Positions 20,108-29,761 are shown, numbered from the stretch's first letter. The stretch: 48,577 nt of DNA from an uncultured Dialister sp. (GCF_900541605.1 NZ_UQKJ01000001.1:1-48577), one strand, 5' to 3'. Notes: generated by a model not told the origin, from the sequence alone. Numbers and translations are program-made.

Positions 20108-20416
20108 TTATTTTCCTCCTTTCTGTTCCTGCAGCCGCTTCAACACGGTAATATACCCGTCCGCTCCATACTTCAGGCACCGTTTCACACGGGAAATGGT
20201 GGCTGTGCTGGCGCCGGTCTTCTTCTCGATCTGGTCGTACTTCTCGCCTTCCTCCAGCATCCGGGCCACCTCAAGGCGCTGGGACATATCCCGGAGCTCA
20301 TTGATGGTGCATAAATCTTCAAAGAATTCATAGCACTCATCCCTGGTCTTCAGGGAGAGAATGCCGTCAAATAAGGTATCTGTCAAAGGATTGACAAGTC
20401 TCTGGTTCACACTCAT
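20108..20416 (-). CDS. yerC: TrpR-like YerC/YecD regulator
   Basis: FFEDLCTINE..QRLEVA..GASTATISRVKRCL motif. Confidence 0.9.
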   Translation of the reverse strand: MSVNQRLVNPLTDTLFDGILSLKTRDECYEFFEDLCTINELRDMSQRLEVARMLEEGEKYDQIEKKTGASTATISRVKRCLKYGADGYITVLKRLQEQKGGK

Positions 20417-20547
20417 GGTAAACCCCTCCTTCTATAGCAAAAGGCCTGTGTCTTCTTTACTTTAGTATATTATAACATTACAGGCTGACAGGTGCAAAAG
20501 GAAAGGAGGTCAAATTGTGGTGACGTGAGTTACAACCATGCGGATGT

Positions 20548-20583
20548 ATGGGGCTAAAGGTGGTGGGTGAACTGCGCTTCGCG
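20548..20583. repeat. Repeat family B, left-end fragment
   Basis: ATGGGGCTAAAGGTGGTGGGTGAACTGCGCT identical to the start of the 18483 copy. Confidence 0.8.
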
Positions 20584-20680
20584 GATGTCCCATGCATGTG
20601 AATGGGCAATAGACCTTCCCGGCCCATCCAGCCGGTCCGTTCCAGTTTTCAGCTATCTCTTGTTATAGCAAAAAGTTATA

Positions 20681-20709
20681 TTGACAACACTTTTCATTGA
20701 TAGTACTAT
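20681..20709 (+). promoter_or_regulatory. Sigma-A promoter of metNIQ
   Basis: TTGACA-17 bp-TACTAT. Confidence 0.75.
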
Positions 20710-20747
20710 AAGTGCAACCCTATTTCATGAGGGTTAATTTCATATGG

Positions 20748-20850
20748 ATTCATCATGAGTGGCGGAGGGACTGGCCCATTGAAGCCACGGCAACCATTCT
20801 TTTTAGAAAACGGTGCCAATTCCAGCGAGTGAATACTCGGAAGATGATGT
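20748..20850 (+). ncRNA. SAM-I (S-box) riboswitch
   Basis: ATC..GAG TGGCGGAGGGACTGGCCC..GAAGCC..GCAACC..GGTGCCAATTCC..GATGA; upstream of metN. Confidence 0.93.
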
Positions 20851-20858
20851 TAAAAACT

Positions 20859-20888
20859 GACTTTCATCTTTCGATGAAAGTTTTTTTA
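20859..20888 (+). terminator. Expression-platform terminator of the SAM-I riboswitch
   Basis: GACTTTCATC-TTTC-GATGAAAGTT followed by a T-run. Confidence 0.8.
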
Positions 20889-20917
20889 TGAGAATTTGAC
20901 TGATAAAGGAGCCCCCA

Positions 20918-21955
20918 ATGATTGAACTTAAACATATAACGAAACTATATGGCAGTTTCAAAGCACTGGACGACATCAATCTCACCATCAAAGATGGGGA
21001 AATCTACGGGATTGTAGGACAGTCCGGCGCCGGTAAGTCCACCCTGATCCGGTGCATCAACATGCTGGAACCGCCAACGTCCGGCGAAGTGCTGATTGAC
21101 GGCAAGGATATGACGAAACTTACGAAGACCCAGCTGAGGGAAGAGAGAAAGAAAATCGGTATGATTTTCCAGCATTTCAACCTTCTCTCCAACCGTACCG
21201 TGGCCGGCAACGTGGCATTCCCCCTGGAACTGTCCAACGTACCGAAGGCGGAACAGAAAAAACGGATTGATGAAATCCTGGACGTCGTAGGCCTTACGGA
21301 ATACAAAAACAAGTATCCCTCCCAGCTTTCCGGCGGCCAGAAACAGAGAGTCGGCATTGCCCGGGCCATCGTTTCCAATCCCTCCGTTCTCCTTTCCGAT
21401 GAAGCCACCAGCGCCCTGGACCCGGAAACCGTAAAATCCATCCTCCAGCTGCTGAAGGACATCAACAAAAAACTGGGCATCACCATCATCATGATTACCC
21501 ACCAGATGGAAGTCATCAAGGAAATTGCCGAACAGGTGGCGGTCATCGAAAAGGGCCGCATCATCGAACAGGGCAGCGTGGTGGACCTCTTCACGAATCC
21601 CCAGACCGAAACCCTGAAAAAGTTCGTAGGTTCCGTCATGTCCTCCGATGTACCGGAACAGCTCTCCCACATGAATATTTCCAAAGAGAAAACAAAGGAT
21701 AATGACCAGACCGTGGTGAGCCTCAAATTCCGGGGCGACGTGGCCAATGAACCGATCATTGCAAACCTCATCAAGAAATACAACCTCGATGTGAGTATCC
21801 TTTATGGCTCCATCGATTATATCCAGAACGTCTCCTTCGGCCGCCTCATCATCATGATCAACGGCAGCGAAGAGGACATGAACAAAGCCCTTGGCCATTT
21901 GAAATCTTTACCTATTACAAGCGAGGTGATCGGATATGTCTCCAGCAATAACTAA
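20918..21955 (+). CDS. metN: Methionine ABC transporter ATP-binding protein
   Basis: GQSGAGKST, FQHFNLL, LSGGQKQRV, DEATSALDP motifs and C-terminal NIL domain. Confidence 0.95.
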   Translation: MIELKHITKLYGSFKALDDINLTIKDGEIYGIVGQSGAGKSTLIRCINMLEPPTSGEVLIDGKDMTKLTKTQLREERKKIGMIFQHFNLLSNRTVAGNVAFPLELSNVPKAEQKKRIDEILDVVGLTEYKNKYPSQLSGGQKQRVGIARAIVSNPSVLLSDEATSALDPETVKSILQLLKDINKKLGITIIMITHQMEVIKEIAEQVAVIEKGRIIEQGSVVDLFTNPQTETLKKFVGSVMSSDVPEQLSHMNISKEKTKDNDQTVVSLKFRGDVANEPIIANLIKKYNLDVSILYGSIDYIQNVSFGRLIIMINGSEEDMNKALGHLKSLPITSEVIGYVSSNN

Positions 21956-22589
21956 TCTTCTTCTGAAAAGCCTGGCGGAAACGCTGTACATGCTCTCCGT
22001 TTCCGCTTTCATCGCCGCCATCATCGGCATTCCCCTGGGCATTCTCCTGGTGGTAACCGAAAAGAACGGCATCCTCTCCTGCCCGGTGCTGAATAAGCCC
22101 CTGGCCTTCATTATCAACCTCATCCGTTCCATTCCGTTCATCATCCTCATGGTGGCTATCATTCCGTTCACAAGACTCGTAGCAGGCACCTCCATTGGTA
22201 CCACCGCCGCCATCGTCCCCCTGACCATCGCCGCCATCCCCTATACCGCCCGCATGGTGGAAACTTCAATTCGTGAAATTCCCTTCGGCCTCATTGAAGC
22301 TGCTGAGTCCATGGGCGCTTCCCCTCTCCAGATCATCTGGAAAGTCCTCATTCCGGAAGCCCTCCCCTCCATCATTGAAAGTCTGACCGTAGTTATCGTC
22401 TCCCTCATCGGTGCATCCGCCATGGCCGGCACCATCGGTGGCGGCGGCCTCGGTGACCTGGCCATCCGCTACGGCTACCAGCGTTTCCAGGCAGACGTCA
22501 TGATTGCCACCATTATCGTCCTGGTCATCATCGTCCAGCTCATCCAGCTCATCGGCAGCAGACTTGCCAGAAAAGCGGATAAACGATGA
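21936..22589 (+). CDS. metI: Methionine ABC transporter permease
   Basis: RSIPFIIL and AMAGTIGGGGLGDLAIRYGYQRF motifs. Confidence 0.95.
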   Translation: MSPAITNLLLKSLAETLYMLSVSAFIAAIIGIPLGILLVVTEKNGILSCPVLNKPLAFIINLIRSIPFIILMVAIIPFTRLVAGTSIGTTAAIVPLTIAAIPYTARMVETSIREIPFGLIEAAESMGASPLQIIWKVLIPEALPSIIESLTVVIVSLIGASAMAGTIGGGGLGDLAIRYGYQRFQADVMIATIIVLVIIVQLIQLIGSRLARKADKR

Positions 22590-22924
22590 GAAAATCATCA
22601 AAAAGGTAATAACGTCTTAATTCACAAGAAGAAATCAGCCAGGAATGGTGATGTGCCGCTAAACCCTGATAGAACAGCACAGAATGATAGATAATGAATA
22701 TTTCCAATCCGAAAATTTCAAAAGCAAATTCACAATATTGCATCATTTGCGGCGCTCTATAATTTATGCGCCGCCACCTCCATTCCTAATTCCTCATTCC
22801 TAATTTAATTTTCATTTTCCCATATCCTGTTTGTGTAACCATTTGCGTATATAACGGGTTTCCCCCTTATATAAATCCGAATCCCTCCATACAGAACCTT
22901 CTCACGTGGAAGGGAAAAAGTATA

Positions 22925-22969
22925 GGAAGCGCTGATTAATTCGCAGAGTCAGATTTAATCAGTGCTTCC
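22925..22969. mobile_element. Family A mini-copy (internally deleted, both TIRs retained, 45 bp)
   Basis: GGAAGCGCTGATTAA-TTCGCAGAGTCAGAT-TTAATCAGTGCTTCC. Confidence 0.8.
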
Positions 22970-22993
22970 TAAAAGAGAAAGGAAGTCTTATTT

Positions 22994-23836
22994 ATGTTAA
23001 AGAAATTAGTCATCGCCGGTCTCTGTGCCCTCTCCGCAGCAGCATTCATTTCCGGCTGCGGTTCCAGCCAGAAACCTGCTTCCTCCGCTGCCGCATTTGC
23101 ACCGGCAGAAAAGAAAGAAATCACCGTAGGCGCCACTGCCGGCCCCCATGCGGAAGTCGTTGAAGCTGCTGCCAAGGAAGCTGAAAAGAACGGCCTCAAA
23201 GTCAACGTAAAGGAATTCTCCGATTACATCACTCCGGACCAGGCACTGGCTGACGGAGACCTGGACATCGTCGTTTACCAGCACAAGCCATTCATGGAAA
23301 ACTTCAATAAACAGCATGGTACCCACCTCACCGCCATCGGCAAAGCCATCCTCATGCGCATGGGCATTTACTCCAACAAAGTGAAGGACGTAAAAGACCT
23401 GCCCGACGGTGCTACCATTTCCATTCCGAATGACCCCACCAATGAAGGCCGTGGTCTCCAGCTCCTGGAAAAAGCGGGCGTCATCAAACTGAAAGATGGC
23501 GTAGGCATGAAAGCTACCCCCGCTGACGTGGTAGAAAACCCGAAGCATATCCAGTTCAAAGAAATCGAAGCTGCCCAGCTTCCAAGAAGCCTGGATGACG
23601 TGGACGCTTCTGTCATCACCATGAACTACGTCATGAGCGCCGGCCTCTCCCCGAAAGACCAGGGCATCTTCCTGGAAGACAAGGATACCCCACTGGCAGT
23701 CATGATCATCGCTGTCCGTGATAAAGATAAAGACCAGCCGGCCTACAAAAAATTTGTACAGGCCTACCAGTCTGATTCTGTAAAGAAATTCATTGCAGAA
23801 AAATACCACGGTACCATCGAACCGGCCTGGGACTGA
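22994..23836 (+). CDS. metQ: MetQ/NlpA-family methionine-binding lipoprotein
   Basis: Lipobox ISGC; QHKPF, IPNDPTNEGRGL and EAAQLPRSLDDVD motifs. Confidence 0.93.
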   Translation: MLKKLVIAGLCALSAAAFISGCGSSQKPASSAAAFAPAEKKEITVGATAGPHAEVVEAAAKEAEKNGLKVNVKEFSDYITPDQALADGDLDIVVYQHKPFMENFNKQHGTHLTAIGKAILMRMGIYSNKVKDVKDLPDGATISIPNDPTNEGRGLQLLEKAGVIKLKDGVGMKATPADVVENPKHIQFKEIEAAQLPRSLDDVDASVITMNYVMSAGLSPKDQGIFLEDKDTPLAVMIIAVRDKDKDQPAYKKFVQAYQSDSVKKFIAEKYHGTIEPAWD

Positions 23837-23848
23837 TTCCTGATAAGC

Positions 23849-23883
23849 AAAAGAGCTGTGACCAAAAGGTCACAGCTCTTTTT
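23849..23883. terminator. Bidirectional terminator after metQ
   Basis: AAAAGAGCTGTGACC-AAAA-GGTCACAGCTCTTTTT. Confidence 0.88.
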
Positions 23884-24003
23884 AATGTGTATGTTTGGAC
23901 AGATGACCAAATCAGTGAATGGGACCAGGAGTTGTCAGCAACGTGAAAGCCACACCCCTTACGAACCATCCATACCTGTGGGCTATGAATTCATAAGACT
24001 GAT

Positions 24004-24783
24004 CTATCCCAACTTCTTCGAGCCAAAGGTATAATCCGGCGGAAGGAACGGTGATACCGGCGCATCCACCCGGTCTGCCGCCGCTTCGGTGAAGGATTCA
24101 AAAATCGCCATATCCAGTCCGTCATAGACGTAGGAATATTCCGGATGCCACTGTACGGCCCAGATAAACCGTTTCTCCGGTGCATAGGCCGCTTCCACCA
24201 GTCCATCTTCCGACATGGCCATGGGCACAAGGCTGTCAGACAGCTTCTTCACCGCCTGATGATGGAGTGAGTTTACACCGAGCATGGGCACCCCCAGTCT
24301 TGCATAGAGCGGCGTCCCTTCCAGGATATGATTGAAATGGGCAGTCCAGTCGTAGGCGAAGCTCATGGTGTGCTCCGGCGCATGGAGGAAAGGCCGTTCT
24401 TCATCGATATCCTGGTACAGGGTTCCTCCCAGGAGGGCATTCATCAGTTCCAACCCCCGGCAGATTCCCAAGGCCGGCACATCGTGGCTCCAGCAGTAAC
24501 TGAAAATCATGGTTTCCAGCGTATCCTTCGCTTCGCACACCGGACCGCAGCAGGCCTTCTTCTTCTCCCCATAAAGGGCTGGGGATATATCCTGACCGCC
24601 GGTAAAAAGGAAACCATCGAAATCATCCCGAACCTCTACGAATTCTTCCTCCGTCATATGGAGCGGAAGGATCAGGGGAATTCCCCCGGCCTCCCGGATA
24701 GAATCCATGTACCCCGGCAGCATCCAGATGCTCTTCTTCTCTTCATCCCACAATGGCGTGATACCAATTCTCGGCTTTCTCAT
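24004..24783 (-). CDS. Peptidase C26 / gamma-glutamyl-gamma-aminobutyrate hydrolase family glutamine amidotransferase
   Basis: FTGGQDI, LGICRG (catalytic Cys), VNSLHHQ and VQWHPE motifs; ATG 24783 after GGAGG. Confidence 0.88.
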   Translation of the reverse strand: MRKPRIGITPLWDEEKKSIWMLPGYMDSIREAGGIPLILPLHMTEEEFVEVRDDFDGFLFTGGQDISPALYGEKKKACCGPVCEAKDTLETMIFSYCWSHDVPALGICRGLELMNALLGGTLYQDIDEERPFLHAPEHTMSFAYDWTAHFNHILEGTPLYARLGVPMLGVNSLHHQAVKKLSDSLVPMAMSEDGLVEAAYAPEKRFIWAVQWHPEYSYVYDGLDMAIFESFTEAAADRVDAPVSPFLPPDYTFGSKKLG

Positions 24784-24837
24784 AATAAGCACCTCCGAAT
24801 TCCTGTTTACCTGAGCAAGTCAACCCCAACATATGTC

Positions 24838-24968
24838 TGAAAGCAAAAAAGCACTGCCACATAGACAGCGCCCTTACTGAAAAGCAAAAGGCACCGATCA
24901 CTGATCGGCGCCTTTGCCCTTGTTAAATTCTTGTATAAAGTATACGGGATTTTCCCTGTTCCTGTCAA
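24838..24968 (-). promoter_or_regulatory. Promoter plus leader with two tandem terminators, each overlapped by an ANTAR-like hairpin
   Basis: TTGACA-18 bp-TATACT; GGC-AAAGGC-GCC and CAGT-AAGGGC-GCTG hexaloop hairpins; both terminators end in TTTTGCT(T)TTCAG. Confidence 0.55.
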
Positions 24969-26243
24969 ATCGTTACGTATTAAAAAGATTCTATAGGTAC
25001 TTACAGAAAAAATATAGTGGTAACAGATGTGGATGAGATTGCATGTAAACGTGGGAAGCCAGCCGCCAGAAAAGCCGGTCCGCCTGCGGCATGAGAAAGG
25101 TGACTAAAGGGGCTAAGGAAGCGTTGCCTTATGAAACCTATAAGCAGATTCACTGTCGGTCTCGTGTCTCTACCCCTATATCGTCATCTCGAGCGGAGTG
25201 AGCATGCCAAATGGCTCTATACCTGAAGAATCGCTACAGCTGCGACGAGTCGAGAAATCTTTCCGGTAAATGACTATGACGGCATTACAGCGCCGAAAGA
25301 GAACCGGAACTATACGAAACTCTCCTGTCGACTCTGCGAAAGTCTTACAGAGGATTGCTCATTGCGCCTACTACAAGTTGATGCCTTTACTGCACACTAA
25401 ACCGCTTCCTTTGGTGCCGGCCATGGGATTAACGCATGAAGCCGGATCGGATCCGTCCGTTGTTTCCCAACCTTTACTGTTATCATCCCTTATTCCACCA
25501 CAATAAGCCCGAAAGAAGGGTTATCGAAAGCAAGGGCCACGCAGCACTAAAAGTGTCTGCCATGCTCTAACCATTCATTCAGGCTTATCTTTGACGACCT
25601 GTTCAGTTTTTTACCGGCGTCTATTTCCATCCGGAAGGAAGGAAACAGGGGGAAATGCATCGAACGGGTTTTGATCCCGGAGCTCTTATGGATTCATCTT
25701 TGCAGGATGGCTTGCAGCTTCCGCCTTGTCCGGGTATTTTTTCGAGGCCTCTCCCCGAAAAGGCGTATGCCCTCATCCGTATTGATTATACATGATTACA
25801 TCTATTTTGAGAATAGTAATATTTATATTCAGATAAAGTATTATTCTATAGGTCAATAGATATAGAATTAAAAATTTATAACTGAGTTTCTATTGTAGAA
25901 ATACAATGGCATAGGAATATTTCAGTATTGCGAGCTGATGGTTTTCGTCGCTGATGGATAGAGTCATTCGTACGTGGGACTCCTGGCTGCCAGGGAACCT
26001 CCACGAGAATAACTTCATCTATCAGCATGCAAAGCCGCTGCGAAGCGGTTGTCCAGTTCAAGGCTAAAGGCTCACTGCTCAAGGCTTGTGGCTCTACACG
26101 GAAGCATGATAACCGCTGCACTCAAGCAACTCGTCAACCGGCATAGGATCCTTCTGTTCCTTCATATTCCCATCCCGCCCTATGGTATAATAGATACATT
26201 GAAATTTCGTAATCTGTAAATTGATTGATGTAAAGGACCCTGT

Positions 26244-27449
26244 ATGTCATTACTTCATTTTTTCCCGGCCCTCCAGGTCCGGAATTACCGGATTTTCTGG
26301 GTCACCCAGTGGATTGCCCTCATCGGGTTCTGGCTCCAGCTCACCGCCCAGCAGTGGCTGGTGTATACCATGACGGACTCCGCTTTCCTTCTGGGACTGC
26401 TCTCGGCCTGTCAGTTTGCACCGAGCCTCTTTTTTACCCTCTTCACGGGCCTCTGGATTGACAGGCACAATAAGAGGAAAATCCTCATCGGCACCCAGAT
26501 TACCTACCTGGTACAGGCTTTCCTCCTGGGACTTTTGCTGTATACAGGCCACGAGACCTACGGGTGGATCCTGTTTTTTGCCTTCTTCCTGGGCACCATT
26601 GATTCCTTCGACATGCCTGCCCGTATGGCGTTCATGCCGGAACTGGTGGGAAAAGATGCCCTTCACAGTGCCATCAGCCTGAATTCCGCCAATTTTAACC
26701 TTACCCGCATGATTGGTCCCCTGCTGGCAGCCTTCCTTTTGAGCTATCTTTCCTACAGTACCATTTTCTTCCTGAATGCCCTGTCCCTCATTCCCATCAT
26801 CATCGCCTACAGCTTCATGAATGTGAATTCTGTCATTGCCCCGGCAGAAAACCGCCATCCCCTCCAGGAAATCAGAGAGGGCCTCTTGGAGGCCAAACGG
26901 AATCCCATCATTTACAAAAACCTCCTGGCCGCCGGCATTGTGAGCGGACTGATCCTGAATATGGGTACCTACGGTCCCCTCTTCGCAGACCGGGTACTCC
27001 ACGCCGGGGTGGAAGGCTTCGGTTCCATCCTCTTTGCTGCCGGCGCCGGTTCCATGGCCAGCGGTGTCCTTTCCGCCGCTTCGAAAAAACACCTGTCCCA
27101 GTCCTGCATTTTCCATTCCGCCATCGCCTGTGGTCTCCTTCTTATGGCGGTAAGCTATATTTCCTTCCAGCCCCTGGCACTCCTGGTTTTCGGGATTCTG
27201 GGATTCACAGTGATCATTTTCATGGTGAACTGCAACACCGCCATCCAGCTGGCGTCGCCAAAGGAATACCTGGGCCGCATCATGGGACTTTACACCTTCG
27301 TATTTCTGGGGAGTGCCCCTTTCGGTTCCCTCCTCGTAAGCACCATCATCGAATACCTCGGCACCTCCGCCGGCCTCCTGGTGACAGGACTTCTGGAGAT
27401 ACTCCTCATCGTGCTCTATACAAGGCCCGGTCAATCTGAGCAGGAATAA
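26244..27449 (+). CDS. MFS transporter (H+ antiporter / DUF894-like)
   Basis: About 12 hydrophobic segments; GLWIDRHNKRK motif A; DMPAR and LGRIMG. Confidence 0.88.
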   Translation: MSLLHFFPALQVRNYRIFWVTQWIALIGFWLQLTAQQWLVYTMTDSAFLLGLLSACQFAPSLFFTLFTGLWIDRHNKRKILIGTQITYLVQAFLLGLLLYTGHETYGWILFFAFFLGTIDSFDMPARMAFMPELVGKDALHSAISLNSANFNLTRMIGPLLAAFLLSYLSYSTIFFLNALSLIPIIIAYSFMNVNSVIAPAENRHPLQEIREGLLEAKRNPIIYKNLLAAGIVSGLILNMGTYGPLFADRVLHAGVEGFGSILFAAGAGSMASGVLSAASKKHLSQSCIFHSAIACGLLLMAVSYISFQPLALLVFGILGFTVIIFMVNCNTAIQLASPKEYLGRIMGLYTFVFLGSAPFGSLLVSTIIEYLGTSAGLLVTGLLEILLIVLYTRPGQSEQE

Positions 27450-27483
27450 ATACCTGCCACTCAGAAATTGCAATTTCCAACGT

Positions 27484-27522
27484 AAAAAGCCGTTCCTCCT
27501 TTGCCTGCAGGAACGGCTTTTT
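27484..27522. terminator. Bidirectional terminator between MFS and hldE
   Basis: AAAAAGCCGTTCCT...AGGAACGGCTTTTT. Confidence 0.85.
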
Positions 27523-27550
27523 CAGCTAACCGGCGGTCTTGCTATCGACC

Positions 27551-29005
27551 TTATTTATTTCGAATCTTTTTGATCATATTTGTCGTCGAATATCCATCTA
27601 CAAAGGGAAGGATTTCCACCTTCCCCGCATACTGGCGCCCTGCCACTTCCGATACCTTATAATCCCCGCCTTTCACGAGAATATCCGGTTTCAGGTGAGA
27701 CAGGAGCTCTTCCGGTGTATCTTCATCAAAGATAACCACTTCATCCACAGAGCGGAGGGCAGCCAGCATGAAACTCCGGTCCTCTTCATTGTTGACCGGC
27801 CTTGAAGGACCTTTCAGCGCTTTCACGGAGCGGTCAGAGTTGAGTCCCACAATGAGATGATCCCCTAAAGAGGCCGCCTGCTGGAGATAGGTAATATGCC
27901 CCCGATGGAGAATATCAAAGCAGCCGTTCGTAAAGACCACCACTTCTCCCCGGGCCTTCCATCGGGCAACCTTCTTTTCCGCTTCCTCCCAGGTCAGGGG
28001 ATGGTAAGAAAGGCGCATGGTATCGCCGGATACCCAGGCATGGAGCAGTTCTTCCCGTTTCACCTGGTATGTCCCCACTTTGGAAACGGCAATGCCCGCC
28101 GCCTTGTTGGCCAGTTCCAGCAGGGTTTCCATATCCATATGGGCTGCCGTGGCAGCGGCGGTGACAGCCATCACCGTATCCCCGGCGCCGGACACGTCGA
28201 ATACATCCTGGGCCACCGATGCCCGGTGGACGGCACTGTTTTCACTGACCGCGGTAATCCCCTTTTCTGAACGGGTCACAAAGAGATGGGTCAGGTGAAA
28301 CTTTGCTCTCACCCCCCGGCCCGCGGCTACAATGGCTTCTTCCTCGTTGGGGATTTCCTTTCCCACGCAGTCCGCCAGTTCCTTCAGGTTCGGCGTAATA
28401 CCATAGGCCCCGTCATACTTGGTCCAGTCGCTCCCCTTAGGGTCCACAAGCACCGGCACGGAAAAGGATTTTGCCAGCCCGATGACAGACTGGGCCAGTT
28501 CTTCCGTAATCATGCCCTTACCGTAATCGGAAAGAACGATGGCTCCAAGGCCATTTTGGAGGAGTCCTTCCAGCCAGTCCATGATAAATTTCACCTGCTC
28601 CGAAGAGGGCTGTTTCTTTTCCTCATAATCCAGGCGCATCATCTGCTGCCGGGCGCCGAGGATGCGGATCTTGGCGGTGGTATGGTAATGGTCCGCCGTA
28701 ACGAGTCCGGACATATCGATGCCCGCCTGCTGGAGGAGGGAGGAAAGGACGGCGCCGTCACTGTCATTTCCCCTCATCCCTGCCGCATAGACCTTGCATC
28801 CAAGGGCTGCCAGGTTTGCCGCCGTATTGGCTGCGCCCCCCAGCACGTCCCGCTGGGACTGGACCAGGTTCACCGGCACCGGCGCCTCCGGGGAAATCCG
28901 GTTCACCTTCCCCGTAATATACCGGTCCGTCATCATATCACCGATCACGGCTGCCTTGATATGGGTAATTTCATCTCTTAAAAATCGTTCGCCATCCAGC
29001 TGCAT
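27551..29005 (-). CDS. hldE: Bifunctional heptose 7-phosphate kinase / heptose 1-phosphate adenylyltransferase
   Basis: RISPEAPVP, LSDYGKG, DVSGAGDT and FTNGCFDILHRGH motifs. Confidence 0.95.
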   Translation of the reverse strand: MQLDGERFLRDEITHIKAAVIGDMMTDRYITGKVNRISPEAPVPVNLVQSQRDVLGGAANTAANLAALGCKVYAAGMRGNDSDGAVLSSLLQQAGIDMSGLVTADHYHTTAKIRILGARQQMMRLDYEEKKQPSSEQVKFIMDWLEGLLQNGLGAIVLSDYGKGMITEELAQSVIGLAKSFSVPVLVDPKGSDWTKYDGAYGITPNLKELADCVGKEIPNEEEAIVAAGRGVRAKFHLTHLFVTRSEKGITAVSENSAVHRASVAQDVFDVSGAGDTVMAVTAAATAAHMDMETLLELANKAAGIAVSKVGTYQVKREELLHAWVSGDTMRLSYHPLTWEEAEKKVARWKARGEVVVFTNGCFDILHRGHITYLQQAASLGDHLIVGLNSDRSVKALKGPSRPVNNEEDRSFMLAALRSVDEVVIFDEDTPEELLSHLKPDILVKGGDYKVSEVAGRQYAGKVEILPFVDGYSTTNMIKKIRNK

Positions 29006-29170
29006 AGAATCTCCTGTACTGCAATAAAATGAATTCGAGTCATCTTTGGATATTATACCATAGGAATGACCGTAGCAAAAAATCATAAAGCAGGACTATA
29101 TGGATTGGGCAGCCTCCATCGGCTCCCACCGGTACAATCCCCCTATTCCATCCCTACAGGCAGCGATCCG

Positions 29171-29761
29171 TCATTTCTTCCACACTTTCATGGCCAACTG
29201 GGCCATCTTATCATAGCCTTTGCTGTTGGGATGGACCCCGTCAGTGAACCAGCGGTCGTCCGCAGGAAGGCCGCGAAAGAAATCAATGGATGGAATGCCT
29301 TCATCCTCCGCCAGGTTCCTCAAAAACCGGGCATATTCAGCGAGATCCTTCCTGTTTCTTTCATACACGTAGGCCGCCTGCCAGCCGGTCTCAATACTGT
29401 TTGCCGTGGTCTGGGGCGGGATACCCAGTGTAAGGGGAATTGCCCTGGCCATACTCCGGATTCCCCGGGACACATCCCGTTCCAGAACGCTCAGCTGGAG
29501 ACCTGTGAGAATATCGTTGGTGCCGGCCATGAAGAAAAACGCCTCCCCCTCTTCCGGGCGGAAAGAGGCCTCAAAAAGGCTGTCCAGGATATCCACTGCC
29601 AATGCCCCGCAGACCCCATGATTATAAAAGGAAATGGATTTCATCCGTTTCCCCAGAAGATCCACCCATCCTTCCCCCTGCCCTACACCATAGCCCTCTG
29701 TGAGGCTGTCGCCGAAGCAGTGGATAGCGGTTATCTGATTTTTGTCCCAGGTCTTTCCCAT
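29171..29761 (-). CDS. SGNH/GDSL hydrolase
   Basis: FGDSLTEG, GTND and DGVHP motifs; start MGKTW. Confidence 0.88.
   Translation of the reverse strand: MGKTWDKNQITAIHCFGDSLTEGYGVGQGEGWVDLLGKRMKSISFYNHGVCGALAVDILDSLFEASFRPEEGEAFFFMAGTNDILTGLQLSVLERDVSRGIRSMARAIPLTLGIPPQTTANSIETGWQAAYVYERNRKDLAEYARFLRNLAEDEGIPSIDFFRGLPADDRWFTDGVHPNSKGYDKMAQLAMKVWKK

Noticed and set aside
20458..20476. Possible YerC autoregulatory site ACTTTAGTATATTATAAC
   Set aside because: Only one half is palindrome-like and the other coincides with the -10 box; too weak to call
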